Positions 55,244-64,000 of a stretch of DNA of 64,000 nucleotides are shown here, in pieces. Location: the IMG/VR virus record IMGVR_UViG_3300030329_003334, positions 30,022 through 94,021 of that record. One strand, 5' to 3'. The notes beneath the pieces are model-generated. The model was not told where the DNA came from. It was given only the letters and a program-made list of their open reading frames with translations, and searched no databases. Made by a program: the position numbers and the translations under genes. Source of the stretch: a virus. The first letter of the stretch is position 1; each line of letters begins with the position of its first letter.

Positions 55244-56524
55244 ATGGCTATTATATATAAATTTACTAATTGTATTGCGCCTAATACTGATATATACCCA
55301 TTTTTCTGTGGTAACTCAAATGGTGTAATGAGTATTAATTGTACTTCACCGCCTACACCTATAGCTACAATGGTTGCAGCAAATGCTGCTTGGTATAATG
55401 CTGTAGGTTCTCCTGTTCCTGGAACAGTTATACAAATTAATGGTTCTGCAGAGTTTACATATATGGGTAGTGCAACCTATACTCCAGGATCACTTCCAAA
55501 TCTTACTCCATGGGTAAGTGCGATTAATAGTGTTAGTACTCTTACAACAGGGTGTACAACTAACAGACCACCTCCAATAACAACAAAACATCATAAATGG
55601 ATGGAGTGTGATGGTCCATCAACTTTATTTAATGTAATAGAACAAGGACTTGTGGCGTATACTGCAGTGCTTTCAAATCAATGGTGGGTTAGTGTAGGTT
55701 CTCCTGCTTCTGGTGAGGTAGTTAAAATTACAGTAGATGGAAATCCTAAATGTTTAATGTATAAAGGTTGGGATAATATAGCTCAAAGTTCCTTTGATGA
55801 TTTATCTTCTTCTAGTGCTAGTATTTATAGTGATTGTGTAGATTGTGAAGCTATTTACGGTTGTACAGACCCAACAGCCACTAATTATGATCCAAATGCA
55901 ACAATTGATGATGGAAGTTGTATATATACTGGAAGTGTGGTTAGAGGTTGTACTGATCCTAGTGCAACTGTTGCAACATATAACCCTAATGCAACTGCTG
56001 ATTGTGATGGTAATGTTATAGGTGGTTCAGTTTATAATTCATTTTCTGGTGGTTATGGAGATACTCAATGTTGTGTTTATCCCATTGCTATTCTTGGGTG
56101 TACTGATCCATTATCGTGTAATTATAATCCAAATGCTACAGTCGATGATGGATCATGTTGTGATTTGTTGGGTTGTATGGATCCAGCAGCTACCAACTAT
56201 GATCCAAATGCGTGTTGCGATGACGGTTCTTGTATCTATCCGCCAAATCCTTCTATTTCAGGATGTACCGATCCTACAGCTCTTAATTATAATCCTTTAG
56301 CTACTGCAGATGATGGTTCTTGTCAGTATCCATGTACTCCAGAAATAGTTGATCCTAATTCTGATCCAACAGATCCAAGTACTCCAAATCCTTGTTCTAT
56401 ATTACAGTTGGCTAATCAATGGTCGGCTAATGTTAGTATAGGTACAATAGATTGTAGTCCTACTTTAATGAATGATTTAATAATGATAATAGCATTAAAT
56501 GATATGCTTAATGAAATAGTTTAA
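55244..56524 (+). CDS. GCTD-repeat Cys-rich protein
   Basis: Five GC(T/M)DP...NY(D/N)P.A..DDGSC-type repeats (one degenerate); two N-terminal VGSP domains. Confidence 0.75.
   Translation: MAIIYKFTNCIAPNTDIYPFFCGNSNGVMSINCTSPPTPIATMVAANAAWYNAVGSPVPGTVIQINGSAEFTYMGSATYTPGSLPNLTPWVSAINSVSTLTTGCTTNRPPPITTKHHKWMECDGPSTLFNVIEQGLVAYTAVLSNQWWVSVGSPASGEVVKITVDGNPKCLMYKGWDNIAQSSFDDLSSSSASIYSDCVDCEAIYGCTDPTATNYDPNATIDDGSCIYTGSVVRGCTDPSATVATYNPNATADCDGNVIGGSVYNSFSGGYGDTQCCVYPIAILGCTDPLSCNYNPNATVDDGSCCDLLGCMDPAATNYDPNACCDDGSCIYPPNPSISGCTDPTALNYNPLATADDGSCQYPCTPEIVDPNSDPTDPSTPNPCSILQLANQWSANVSIGTIDCSPTLMNDLIMIIALNDMLNEIV
55859..56330 (+). repeat. Tandem GCTDPxAxNYxPxAxxDDGSC protein repeats
   Basis: Directly visible in the translation. 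Confidence 0.85.
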
Positions 56525-56526
56525 TT

Positions 56527-59500
56527 ATGCCAAATATAGGAGATTATATACCATCGGTTGATGGATTTTGTTATTGGATAGATCCTTTGGATTCGCAACA
56601 TATAAAGGTTGCTAAAGTGATGTATACTAGTATAATACAAAATGTATTAGGTACTGCTAATACAACTCCTAGTATTGCTGCAGGTACTCCAGCGGTTAAT
56701 GGAAATATTCAGACTAGAATATGGGGATGTGATGCGATATATCAAGCTCCTAATACTACGAATCCAGATAATGGAACTACATATCCTTCAGAAAGTCATA
56801 CAGATGGTGTAGGAAATACTATAGGTATGATTCATTATTGGAATGCTACTTATGGTATAACTCCGTCTTATTCTAATACAGATCCTAATTGCGATTTTTA
56901 TAATGTAACAAGAAAGCTTATGGGTTGTGGACCTATGGTATATAGTAATTGTAATACATACAATGCTAATTATTATATTTATAGTAGTTCTCCATTTCAT
57001 TCGGCAGCCTCAGGATTAGAATCATATTTCGAAAATGGAGTTGGAACTTATCATTGGTATTTACCCGCTATAGACGAGTTAGTAGAAGTTGTCCAAAGTA
57101 TAGGAAGTGTGGGTGCTAATACAATAGGAGATCCTAATGGTATTCATAAAGTTTATCCTTCTTCTACTCAAGTATCAGAAGACGAAGAAACAAATGGTTG
57201 TTTTGATTTAAATGGTGCTAATCTTAGTGATTATAAATATGGTACAGCTCCAAGTAGAAGACTTAATGTGTGGGGAGTTGATACTACTGGAGAACCGTTA
57301 ATGGGTACTGGAAGTTCTAATACTATTATTTTACCTAAGAATGTTTGGACACAGTTTATTATGATAAAGGAATATAACATTCCTGAAGATACTTATGATT
57401 GTAGTAATGGAACTTGTGTTCTTAATCAGTTTGGTTTAGGACAATATCAAGGACCAACAGCATTAGCAGATTGTCAAGCTCTTTGTGGCGTAGTAGACTG
57501 TACTAATCAACATCCTGTATGTGACGCTGCTGCTGTTACTAATATTAGTGTTGCTGGTGCTAATGATGGTCAAGTAACATTACCTTTTCATTATGAAGAT
57601 CAATTTGGTGCTACAATACCTAATCCTGTAAGCTCTACATTTACATTAACTTATGAATTATTTATAGATATTAGTGGTAGTTGGAGTAGTCAAGGAGGTG
57701 CAGGACAATTAAATTCTAGTTCACAAACATCTTTTACTTATACAAATCTTGGTCCTGGAAGTTATAAACATACTATATTTGATGTTGAAGGATGTTCATG
57801 TGATCATTTTTTTACTATAACTGAACCTGCTGATCCTTGTGCAAGTACTAATATAGTAACATCAAATGTATCTTCTGTTTTACCTGGTTGTACAACAAAT
57901 TTAAATGGAGGAGAAAGTACTTATACTATAAGCGGAGGAACATCACCATATAATATAACTAATGTTTTTTCTCCTTCATGTTATAGTACATATTTACAAA
58001 ATTATACTAGTACAGGATCTATTACTTTTCCTAATTTATGCCAAGGAAACTATGAATGGGAAATAGAAGATGAAGATGGTTGTACAACAATGCTTACTTT
58101 TACTGTAGGATGTGAACAATGTGATATTTCATTATCAGGAGTTGTAAAACCGCCTCAATGTTTTGGTGGGAATAATCCTTTAGGAGGCTATGAAGCTACA
58201 GTAAATACAACTAATATTTCTACTTTTCAATATACACTAACTGGTAGTTTAGGATATTCTTTTAGTACTACTACTGGTCAATTAGGTGTTTATACTTTTA
58301 CAAATTTACCGCCAGATACATATACTTTGGTTGTAGTAGATGATACAACATTATGTACAGATACTATAACTTTTGCTGTAAGTACTCCTCCAACTATAAT
58401 AATTTCTGGAATTGTATCTCATGTAAGTATGTATGGATTAAGCGATGGTTCAATAACTTTATCTGTGTCAGGAGGAACACCTCCATTTAGTTATATATGG
58501 AATACAGGAGCAACAACACAGAATTTAACAGGTATTCCAGCAGGAACTTATACAGTTTCTATTACAGATATGAGCGGTTGTACAGCAGAACAAACATTTG
58601 TAGTAGAAGAACCAGAATGTAATTTAGTTATAGCAGGTTCTGTTACATGTCCTTCAGAAGGTACTGTAGATAGTACTACAACTGCAACAGCTACTATAGA
58701 TGTAGATTCTTCTACTGTAGCTGATTATGATGGAAAAAGATTTTTAATAGATATACCTAATAGTTCAGGAGGTTTTGGGTATTACGAAGTATGGTTTGAT
58801 GCTACAGGATCTACTACAGCACCTACTGCTATTACGGGATATACTCAAATAGAGATTGATATTAGTGCTGCAACAACTGTTGCTGATATTGCTACACAAA
58901 TAAAAATTGCATTAAATTTAAATACATCTAATATTACAGTTACTGCTAATTCGGATATTGTAAGTATTACTTTTGATAATGCAGGTACTGCAGTATTAGA
59001 ACATGCAAGTTCTAATGGTACTACTAATTCTCAATTAAATATAAGTTTAACTCAACAATCTGGTAATGATGGCTCTATTAATTTATATACACCTTTAGGA
59101 GGATTACCTCCTTATACTTATAATTGGATAGGTCCTGATTCATTTTCAGACACTACACAAGATATTGATGGTTTATCTTCAGGATTATATACAGTAACTG
59201 TTTGTGATTCTTTAGGTTGTTGTGAAGATAAAACTTTTATAGTTCAGACTGGATGTTGTATTAGTTCAGACGATGCTGATGATGCAGTTGATTATTTAAA
59301 TTCTATATTAGCTAGATGTGGATGCGAAATAGATCCTTGTAAAGATGGTGTTACTTCAACACCACCGACAACAAAACCTAAAAGTGGTGGTTCTAGTAGA
59401 ACATTTACTAATTTATATCATCAATCAATTTCAATAGGTGGAATTAATTTAACAACTACTCCACTGAATAATAGACAAAATGTAAGAGTTCCTCAAGTTT

Positions 59501-60399
59501 CAAAAGAATTACGAGCGATTATTACTAGTCCTTCTTTTCGGAAAGATCAAATTAGTCAAGTATCTGTTTTAGAAAAAACAGCACAATTAGCTAATAAAAA
59601 TGAAATTAAAGGTTTTAAAGAGTATGCTAAATTTGTAGTAGAATCAGGAATGGAAAGTGTATATAAAAGTCTAGTAATAGATAATCCGAGTTTTCAAAAT
59701 CCTTTATTAAATAAAGATGTAAATGTAATAGCAGAATTAACAGATAGAGAAATAGAAAAAATACAAAAAGAAAATAAAGATGATCTTTCTTTTGTAGAAT
59801 TAAGTAATCCTGTAATAAAAAAATCTATTGGTAGTAATATATATGAAGATCCTACAGATGAACCATCTGAACCTGGTAGCCGCGATAGGGACGAACCAGA
59901 AACTGGTGGTTGTTTCTTAGAAGGAACTAAAGTAAGAACTCCTAAAGGAGAAAAGATGATAGAAAGTATAATAAAGGGAGATGTTGTTTATTCTTATAAT
60001 CTAGAAACAAAAAAGATTGTTAAAAATACCGTAGATAAATTACTAGTTCATAGAGATTATAATGATGAAGCAGTATTATTAATATTATCTAATAATGAAG
60101 AATTGTATGTTACATTAAATCATCCATTCTTTAGTATTTCAGATGATAAATTTAAGAGACTAGAGAAGTTTGAAATCGGAGATTTAGTATATTATTATAA
60201 AAATGGAGAATTAGAGATTGTTAAAATAAAACAGATGAAACCAATTGGTACTTTTGAAGTACAGTATAATTTAGAGTTAGAAGGCGAACCAAGAAATTAT
60301 TTTGCTAATAATACTTTAGTTCATAATGCTCAAGAAAAAAATGGTGAGGGAGAAACTGAAGGTGAATACGAGGGAGAATGTGAAGGACTGGATTGTTAA
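56527..60399 (+). CDS. Modular adhesin-like protein: DUF1566/Lcl-like lectin fold, SprB repeats, C-terminal Hint domain
   Basis: IGD...YWID, GVGNT, WYLPAIDEL, SSTQ; DGSITLSVSGGTPPFSYIWNTGATTQNLTGIPAGTYTVSITDMSGC; CFLEGT...NYFANNTLVHN. Confidence 0.8.
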   Translation: MPNIGDYIPSVDGFCYWIDPLDSQHIKVAKVMYTSIIQNVLGTANTTPSIAAGTPAVNGNIQTRIWGCDAIYQAPNTTNPDNGTTYPSESHTDGVGNTIGMIHYWNATYGITPSYSNTDPNCDFYNVTRKLMGCGPMVYSNCNTYNANYYIYSSSPFHSAASGLESYFENGVGTYHWYLPAIDELVEVVQSIGSVGANTIGDPNGIHKVYPSSTQVSEDEETNGCFDLNGANLSDYKYGTAPSRRLNVWGVDTTGEPLMGTGSSNTIILPKNVWTQFIMIKEYNIPEDTYDCSNGTCVLNQFGLGQYQGPTALADCQALCGVVDCTNQHPVCDAAAVTNISVAGANDGQVTLPFHYEDQFGATIPNPVSSTFTLTYELFIDISGSWSSQGGAGQLNSSSQTSFTYTNLGPGSYKHTIFDVEGCSCDHFFTITEPADPCASTNIVTSNVSSVLPGCTTNLNGGESTYTISGGTSPYNITNVFSPSCYSTYLQNYTSTGSITFPNLCQGNYEWEIEDEDGCTTMLTFTVGCEQCDISLSGVVKPPQCFGGNNPLGGYEATVNTTNISTFQYTLTGSLGYSFSTTTGQLGVYTFTNLPPDTYTLVVVDDTTLCTDTITFAVSTPPTIIISGIVSHVSMYGLSDGSITLSVSGGTPPFSYIWNTGATTQNLTGIPAGTYTVSITDMSGCTAEQTFVVEEPECNLVIAGSVTCPSEGTVDSTTTATATIDVDSSTVADYDGKRFLIDIPNSSGGFGYYEVWFDATGSTTAPTAITGYTQIEIDISAATTVADIATQIKIALNLNTSNITVTANSDIVSITFDNAGTAVLEHASSNGTTNSQLNISLTQQSGNDGSINLYTPLGGLPPYTYNWIGPDSFSDTTQDIDGLSSGLYTVTVCDSLGCCEDKTFIVQTGCCISSDDADDAVDYLNSILARCGCEIDPCKDGVTSTPPTTKPKSGGSSRTFTNLYHQSISIGGINLTTTPLNNRQNVRVPQVSKELRAIITSPSFRKDQISQVSVLEKTAQLANKNEIKGFKEYAKFVVESGMESVYKSLVIDNPSFQNPLLNKDVNVIAELTDREIEKIQKENKDDLSFVELSNPVIKKSIGSNIYEDPTDEPSEPGSRDRDEPETGGCFLEGTKVRTPKGEKMIESIIKGDVVYSYNLETKKIVKNTVDKLLVHRDYNDEAVLLILSNNEELYVTLNHPFFSISDDKFKRLEKFEIGDLVYYYKNGELEIVKIKQMKPIGTFEVQYNLELEGEPRNYFANNTLVHNAQEKNGEGETEGEYEGECEGLDC
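59911..60327 (+). other. Hint (intein-like, BIL/PT-HINT type) autoprocessing domain, 139 aa
   Basis: Block A CFLEGTKV; block B VTLNHPFF; block F QYNLEL; terminal HN followed by Ala; no endonuclease. Confidence 0.88.
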
Positions 60400-60408
60400 A
60401 ATTAAATT

Positions 60409-61458
60409 ATGAAAAAAATACTATTAATATTATTAATTATTTTTATTTCTTGCACAGTTCCAAAGAAATGCTGCTCACAAGAAATAAAGAAAATATTTAA
60501 ATTTTCTACATTTTATGCGGCAGCAAGTGGTGGTACATCTATATCAGATGTAGATGTTTTTTCTGTAACTAATGGTTTAGAAACATCTATTGTACAAACT
60601 CCGTTTGATTATAATTTAGCATTTGGTATTAGAAAGATTGCTAGATTTGGATATGAAAATAGAGCTAACACATTTTATGATGGTACAGAAACATCATGGT
60701 CTGATGCTGCTAATATCGGTAAGAAAAGTGGATTAGAGTTTTTATTTGAAGCAGATATAAAAAGACAAGAAGGTGTTGACTATTTAGACCAACATCATTT
60801 TATTAGATATGTAGCTGATAGTTGGATATTAAAAGGAGAATATTTACAAGATGGATTTGCAGATATTAAATATTTTGAAACTTCGCAAAGATATAGATAT
60901 AATATAGGTAAATTATCATTTAATATAGGTGCTGCACAAAGATTATCTGAGCCTTATGGGTATGATCCTTTAGAAGAGTGGTTATTAGATAATGGTGGAA
61001 TACACTATACATATTTAGCTATACAAGAAGGATATAATATAGATGTGTATAATTCTATTTATACAGATCCTGATGGAAAAGTAGTTGCTACAAATCCAGA
61101 AGTTTGGGAAGAAGTTGTTATACCTCAAATGTTATCTGATTATACAGAGAAAAAAAGAAATGAGTTAGAGAGAAAAATGCAACAATCTTTAGTAATAGGA
61201 TTTGATTATTATTACTATAAAAAAGATTTTTGGCTTCATAGTTGGGGAAATATAATGCCCTGGCACTACGATGATGGAGGCACTTTTTCTTATCATAATT
61301 ATAATGATGGGAATCAGTGGTATGATTATTCTGGTGGACTTATATTTGGGTATAAATTAAGTAAAAGTTTAGGTACTTTTATAGAAGGAAAATATAATAA
61401 ATACTGGAATAGAGAGTGGTATGATTTTAAGTTTGGTGTAAATTATATCATATTTTAA
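60409..61458 (+). CDS. Outer-membrane beta-barrel protein
   Basis: Signal peptide; alternating aromatic strands; C-terminal beta-signal DFKFGVNYIIF. Confidence 0.72.
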   Translation: MKKILLILLIIFISCTVPKKCCSQEIKKIFKFSTFYAAASGGTSISDVDVFSVTNGLETSIVQTPFDYNLAFGIRKIARFGYENRANTFYDGTETSWSDAANIGKKSGLEFLFEADIKRQEGVDYLDQHHFIRYVADSWILKGEYLQDGFADIKYFETSQRYRYNIGKLSFNIGAAQRLSEPYGYDPLEEWLLDNGGIHYTYLAIQEGYNIDVYNSIYTDPDGKVVATNPEVWEEVVIPQMLSDYTEKKRNELERKMQQSLVIGFDYYYYKKDFWLHSWGNIMPWHYDDGGTFSYHNYNDGNQWYDYSGGLIFGYKLSKSLGTFIEGKYNKYWNREWYDFKFGVNYIIF

Positions 61459-61485
61459 AACAAGTATTAATTAAAACTAATAAAC

Positions 61486-61710
61486 ATGGATAATGTATTT
61501 AATTTAGTAACAAGTTTTGTAAGTAAAATGACAAGTTTATTTATGACTATGCTATCGTTTGGTATAATGGCAGAAATCTTATTTGGTGGACCTATGATGG
61601 GATTATCTGTTATTTCGAACATAATGGATCTGATAAACATGTTAGGAAGTAATGGTGTTATAGGACTTATAACATTAGTAGTATTATTTGGATTATTAAA
61701 TAAAGAATAA
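61486..61710 (+). CDS. Small two-TM membrane protein
   Basis: EILFG...SVISNI...LGSNGVIGLI. Confidence 0.65.
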   Translation: MDNVFNLVTSFVSKMTSLFMTMLSFGIMAEILFGGPMMGLSVISNIMDLINMLGSNGVIGLITLVVLFGLLNKE

Positions 61711-61714
61711 TACT

Positions 61715-62083
61715 ATGTATACCTATAATATTAAATTACTAAGAGTTATTGATGGAGATACAATAGACGCACAAATTGATTTAGGATTTGATGTTTCGGT
61801 AAAGAAAAGGATTCGATTCTTAGGGGTTAATACCCCTGAGTCTCGGACCAGAGACTTAGAAGAAAAAGCTAGGGGTTTAGCTGCCAAAGATAGGGTTAAA
61901 CAGTTGCTAGAAGGAACAAATACAATACGATTAGTTTCACATGGAGTTGGAAAATACGGAAGATGTTTAGGAGAATTAAGTATAGATGTATTAGATGGAA
62001 AAGAATGTTTAACAATGATTAGTATAAATGAATTATTAATTAAGGAAGGCCATGCTGTAGAATATCATGGTGGAAAAAGATAA
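61715..62083 (+). CDS. Thermonuclease (SNase-like)
   Basis: RVIDGDTI...IRFLGVNTPES...GKYGRCLG...LIKEGHA. Confidence 0.88.
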   Translation: MYTYNIKLLRVIDGDTIDAQIDLGFDVSVKKRIRFLGVNTPESRTRDLEEKARGLAAKDRVKQLLEGTNTIRLVSHGVGKYGRCLGELSIDVLDGKECLTMISINELLIKEGHAVEYHGGKR

Positions 62084-62087
62084 AATT

Positions 62088-62252
62088 ATGAATTGGATAA
62101 ATAGTTGGAAAGAAGGTAATAAAAAGGAAAAGTATAATATGGAAATTAGATTAGGAAAACTTACCATATTAGAAATGAAATATTGCGCATGTTCAGAAAA
62201 GAAATGTGCTAAATTTAGAATGATGTTGTTTAACTTAGGATTTGAAATATAA
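62088..62252 (+). CDS. Hypothetical small protein
   Basis: MNWINSW...RMMLFNLGFEI; start revised to ATG at 62088. Confidence 0.55.
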   Translation: MNWINSWKEGNKKEKYNMEIRLGKLTILEMKYCACSEKKCAKFRMMLFNLGFEI

Positions 62253-62527
62253 TGGCAAAAGAATTAAATGAAGAGACTGGTTTTACGGTCAGTATAAAAA
62301 CAATGATCGCTGTAGGTTTTGCTATGGCAACTATAATAGGAATGTGGTTTGCTTTACAAGCAGATATAGCGGAAGCAAAAGAGCTTCCCAAACCAGATAT
62401 TTCCAGAATGGAATTTAATATGAAAGATGAAAATATCCGAAATACTATTATAGAAACTAGAGATGATGTTAAAAAACTAGAAGAAAGAATGATCAGAATG
62501 GAAGATAAAATAGATGATTTAAGATGA
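62252..62527 (+). CDS. Membrane-anchored coiled-coil protein
   Basis: One TM segment, then a heptad-rich C-terminus. Confidence 0.65.
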   Translation: MAKELNEETGFTVSIKTMIAVGFAMATIIGMWFALQADIAEAKELPKPDISRMEFNMKDENIRNTIIETRDDVKKLEERMIRMEDKIDDLR

Positions 62528-62886
62528 AAGAAACTTGGAGAATTTTTTGTATATATCTACTAATACTTAGTTTAGTATTATTTGGAGGAATGGCTTTTGG
62601 TCAAAGTCCTTGTAAAAAAGATGTGTGTGTTGTAGAATTTAATGCAAGCTGGAATTCAGCAAATGGTGTAGATTATCTAAATGATCTTACTGATTGTGGG
62701 ATTAAAAAAATAAGTATAGATGAAGGAGATTGGCAAAAGAAATATAATATAGTTATAGTTCCTACTATTATAGTTTTTAATGGGGACGAAGTAAAAAGAT
62801 TTCAAGCTGATCTTAGTTTTAAACTATTAGCAACTAAAGAAGAAATACAAGGAGTTGTTGATGAAATTATAATGAGCGATTTTTAA
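62524..62886 (+). CDS. Exported thioredoxin-fold protein lacking CxxC
   Basis: Signal peptide; VVEFNASWNSAN; KYNIVIVPTIIVFNGDEVKRF (cis-Pro region). Confidence 0.7.
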   Translation: MKETWRIFCIYLLILSLVLFGGMAFGQSPCKKDVCVVEFNASWNSANGVDYLNDLTDCGIKKISIDEGDWQKKYNIVIVPTIIVFNGDEVKRFQADLSFKLLATKEEIQGVVDEIIMSDF

Positions 62887-62887
62887 T

Positions 62888-64000
62888 ATGAAAAGAATAC
62901 CTGATATATTATACCCTTGGATAGCAATATATATTGCTGTCTTTTTAGTAGCAATAAGTGCATTTTTTAATGTAGCCTTTAGTCAAAATACCTGGGTAAA
63001 CTTTAAAGTACAATATGATTTCTATGGAGTTCAGGAATCTAATTTCTTTATGGTTAATGACAGCTCTGGACAACAAGTTTTTTATCATCAACCAACAGTA
63101 TCTTATGAATATTTAGATACGACTATACAATTACAATCTGGTAATTATACAGTATCATTAACAGATAACTATGGTGATGGATGGACATCTAATTTACCAT
63201 CTTGGTTTAAGATGCAGAATACTTGTCAGGGATTAATGATAGACTGGCAGTTACAAGGACTTAATTTCTTTTTAAGAGATACAACTGTAAATATAATGCC
63301 TTGTCCTCCTCCTTATGGAGCATGTACTGATCCTTTAGCTTTAAATTATGATTCACTAGCAGGTTGGGATGATGGCAGCTGTATATATCCACCTTGTACA
63401 GGTTTAGATACATTTTATGTTTTAAATTATTGTCAAGGAGCTCAAAATAGAGTTCACTATAAATGGACAAATATGCCAAATCCTAGTTGCAGAATGGCGT
63501 ATTATACTAGAACAACAGATCCAAACACATTAGGAAATGTTTGGTATCCTTATCCTACAAACTGGTCAAATACAGGTGTAATATTTAGTAATTCTCAAAA
63601 TAATACTACATATTATTTCTTAGGTATGTTAGCTGATTCAAGTTTAACAGATACCTTAGTTGTAACAACTATAGAATGTATACCAGGATGTATGGATCCT
63701 GCTGCTTTAAACTATAATCCATGGGCAAACGTAGATGATGGTAGCTGTCAAATGCCTCCAGCGAATTGTACGGTAGGAGAATCTAATATAGTAGTAACTG
63801 TAATACCAGATACATATCCAGGAGAAACTTCCTGGGAAATAGCAGACACAACAGGAACTATATTAGCAACTTCACCTCCGTTCACTCAAGTGGGTATTCC
63901 AGTGGTAACTGAAGTTTGTATTCCAAATGGAACTGTTATAGAATTTACTATGTTTGATTCTTTTGGAGATGGTTTATGTGGATCATGTTATGGAGGTGTA
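62888..64000 (+). CDS. Secreted GCTD-repeat protein (T9SS-cargo-like), 3'-truncated; not in ORF track
   Basis: Open from ATG at 62888 to the window end (371 codons); signal peptide ...VAFS|Q; TDNYGDGW; ACTDPLALNY..DDGSC; GCMDPAALNYNP..DDGSC; PDTYPGETSW; DSFGDGL. Confidence 0.8.
   Translation, partial: MKRIPDILYPWIAIYIAVFLVAISAFFNVAFSQNTWVNFKVQYDFYGVQESNFFMVNDSSGQQVFYHQPTVSYEYLDTTIQLQSGNYTVSLTDNYGDGWTSNLPSWFKMQNTCQGLMIDWQLQGLNFFLRDTTVNIMPCPPPYGACTDPLALNYDSLAGWDDGSCIYPPCTGLDTFYVLNYCQGAQNRVHYKWTNMPNPSCRMAYYTRTTDPNTLGNVWYPYPTNWSNTGVIFSNSQNNTTYYFLGMLADSSLTDTLVVTTIECIPGCMDPAALNYNPWANVDDGSCQMPPANCTVGESNIVVTVIPDTYPGETSWEIADTTGTILATSPPFTQVGIPVVTEVCIPNGTVIEFTMFDSFGDGLCGSCYGGV

Larger units (their letters stand above)
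1..64000. mobile_element. crAss-like (Crassvirales-type) bacteriophage genome segment
   Basis: Virion RNAP with DFDID motif, TerL-portal-scaffold-MCP order, PolA/DnaG/DnaB replication block on the opposite strand, Bacteroidota-type promoters; no cellular housekeeping operons. Confidence 0.93.

Noticed and set aside
56510-56530. Programmed -1 frameshift fusing 55244..56524 with 56527..60399
   Set aside because: Frames are compatible, but there is no X XXY YYZ slippery site, and the downstream gene has its own ATG.
59911-60327. Canonical mobile intein
   Set aside because: No homing endonuclease, +1 residue is Ala, and it sits near the C-terminus of a non-conserved protein.
2461-63479. Short antisense or alternate-frame ORFs in the track (e.g. 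2461-2652, 4309-4605, 14489-14671, 23510-23776, 26037-26480, 29220-29417, 35703-36071, 45145-45528, 48433-48834, 49785-50138, 56022-56300, 63261-63479)
   Set aside because: Shadows of well-supported genes; shadow-type composition; contrary to operon orientation or frame.
1-64000. Stop-codon reassignment, known in some crAss-like phages
   Set aside because: Core genes are full-length in the standard code; TAG terminates ssb and portal, and TGA terminates other genes.
1-64000. tRNA genes, CRISPR arrays, DGR reverse transcriptase, integrase
   Set aside because: No cloverleaf, repeat-spacer array, RT or recombinase motifs recognised by eye; tRNAscan-SE or similar would be needed to exclude them fully.

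Overview
AT-rich 64-kb segment of a crAss-like (Crassvirales-type) phage, most likely infecting Bacteroidota (Flavobacteria-like), in the standard genetic code. It has three blocks. (1) 1-10209 (+): the 3' part of a giant virion RNA polymerase (RIP...DFDID) with a fused C-terminal SLOG domain, then a large zincin-motif cargo protein. (2) 10310-31946 (-): an early/replication operon (VWA + MoxR AAA, RecE-like nuclease, RusA, primase, SSB, Sak4-like ATPase, DnaB, SF2 helicase, PolA, many small ORFs). It is punctuated by about ten strongly base-paired intercistronic RNA elements, one with two hairpins whose loops are exact complements. (3) 32373-64000 (+): a late operon behind host-type TTTG-N19-TAnnTTTG promoters (HU/IHF, GroES, fibre, DUF5675 lysin, holin, TerL, portal, scaffold, MCP, head proteins). 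It ends in an unusual Cys-rich module: GCTD-repeat proteins, a DUF1566-SprB-Hint adhesin, an outer-membrane beta-barrel, a thermonuclease, a thioredoxin fold lacking CxxC, and a secreted GCTD-repeat protein running off the window. Several real small ORFs missing from the supplied track are added, including an ArfA-like peptide. All family calls come from motif recognition by eye; no database search or folding program was run.
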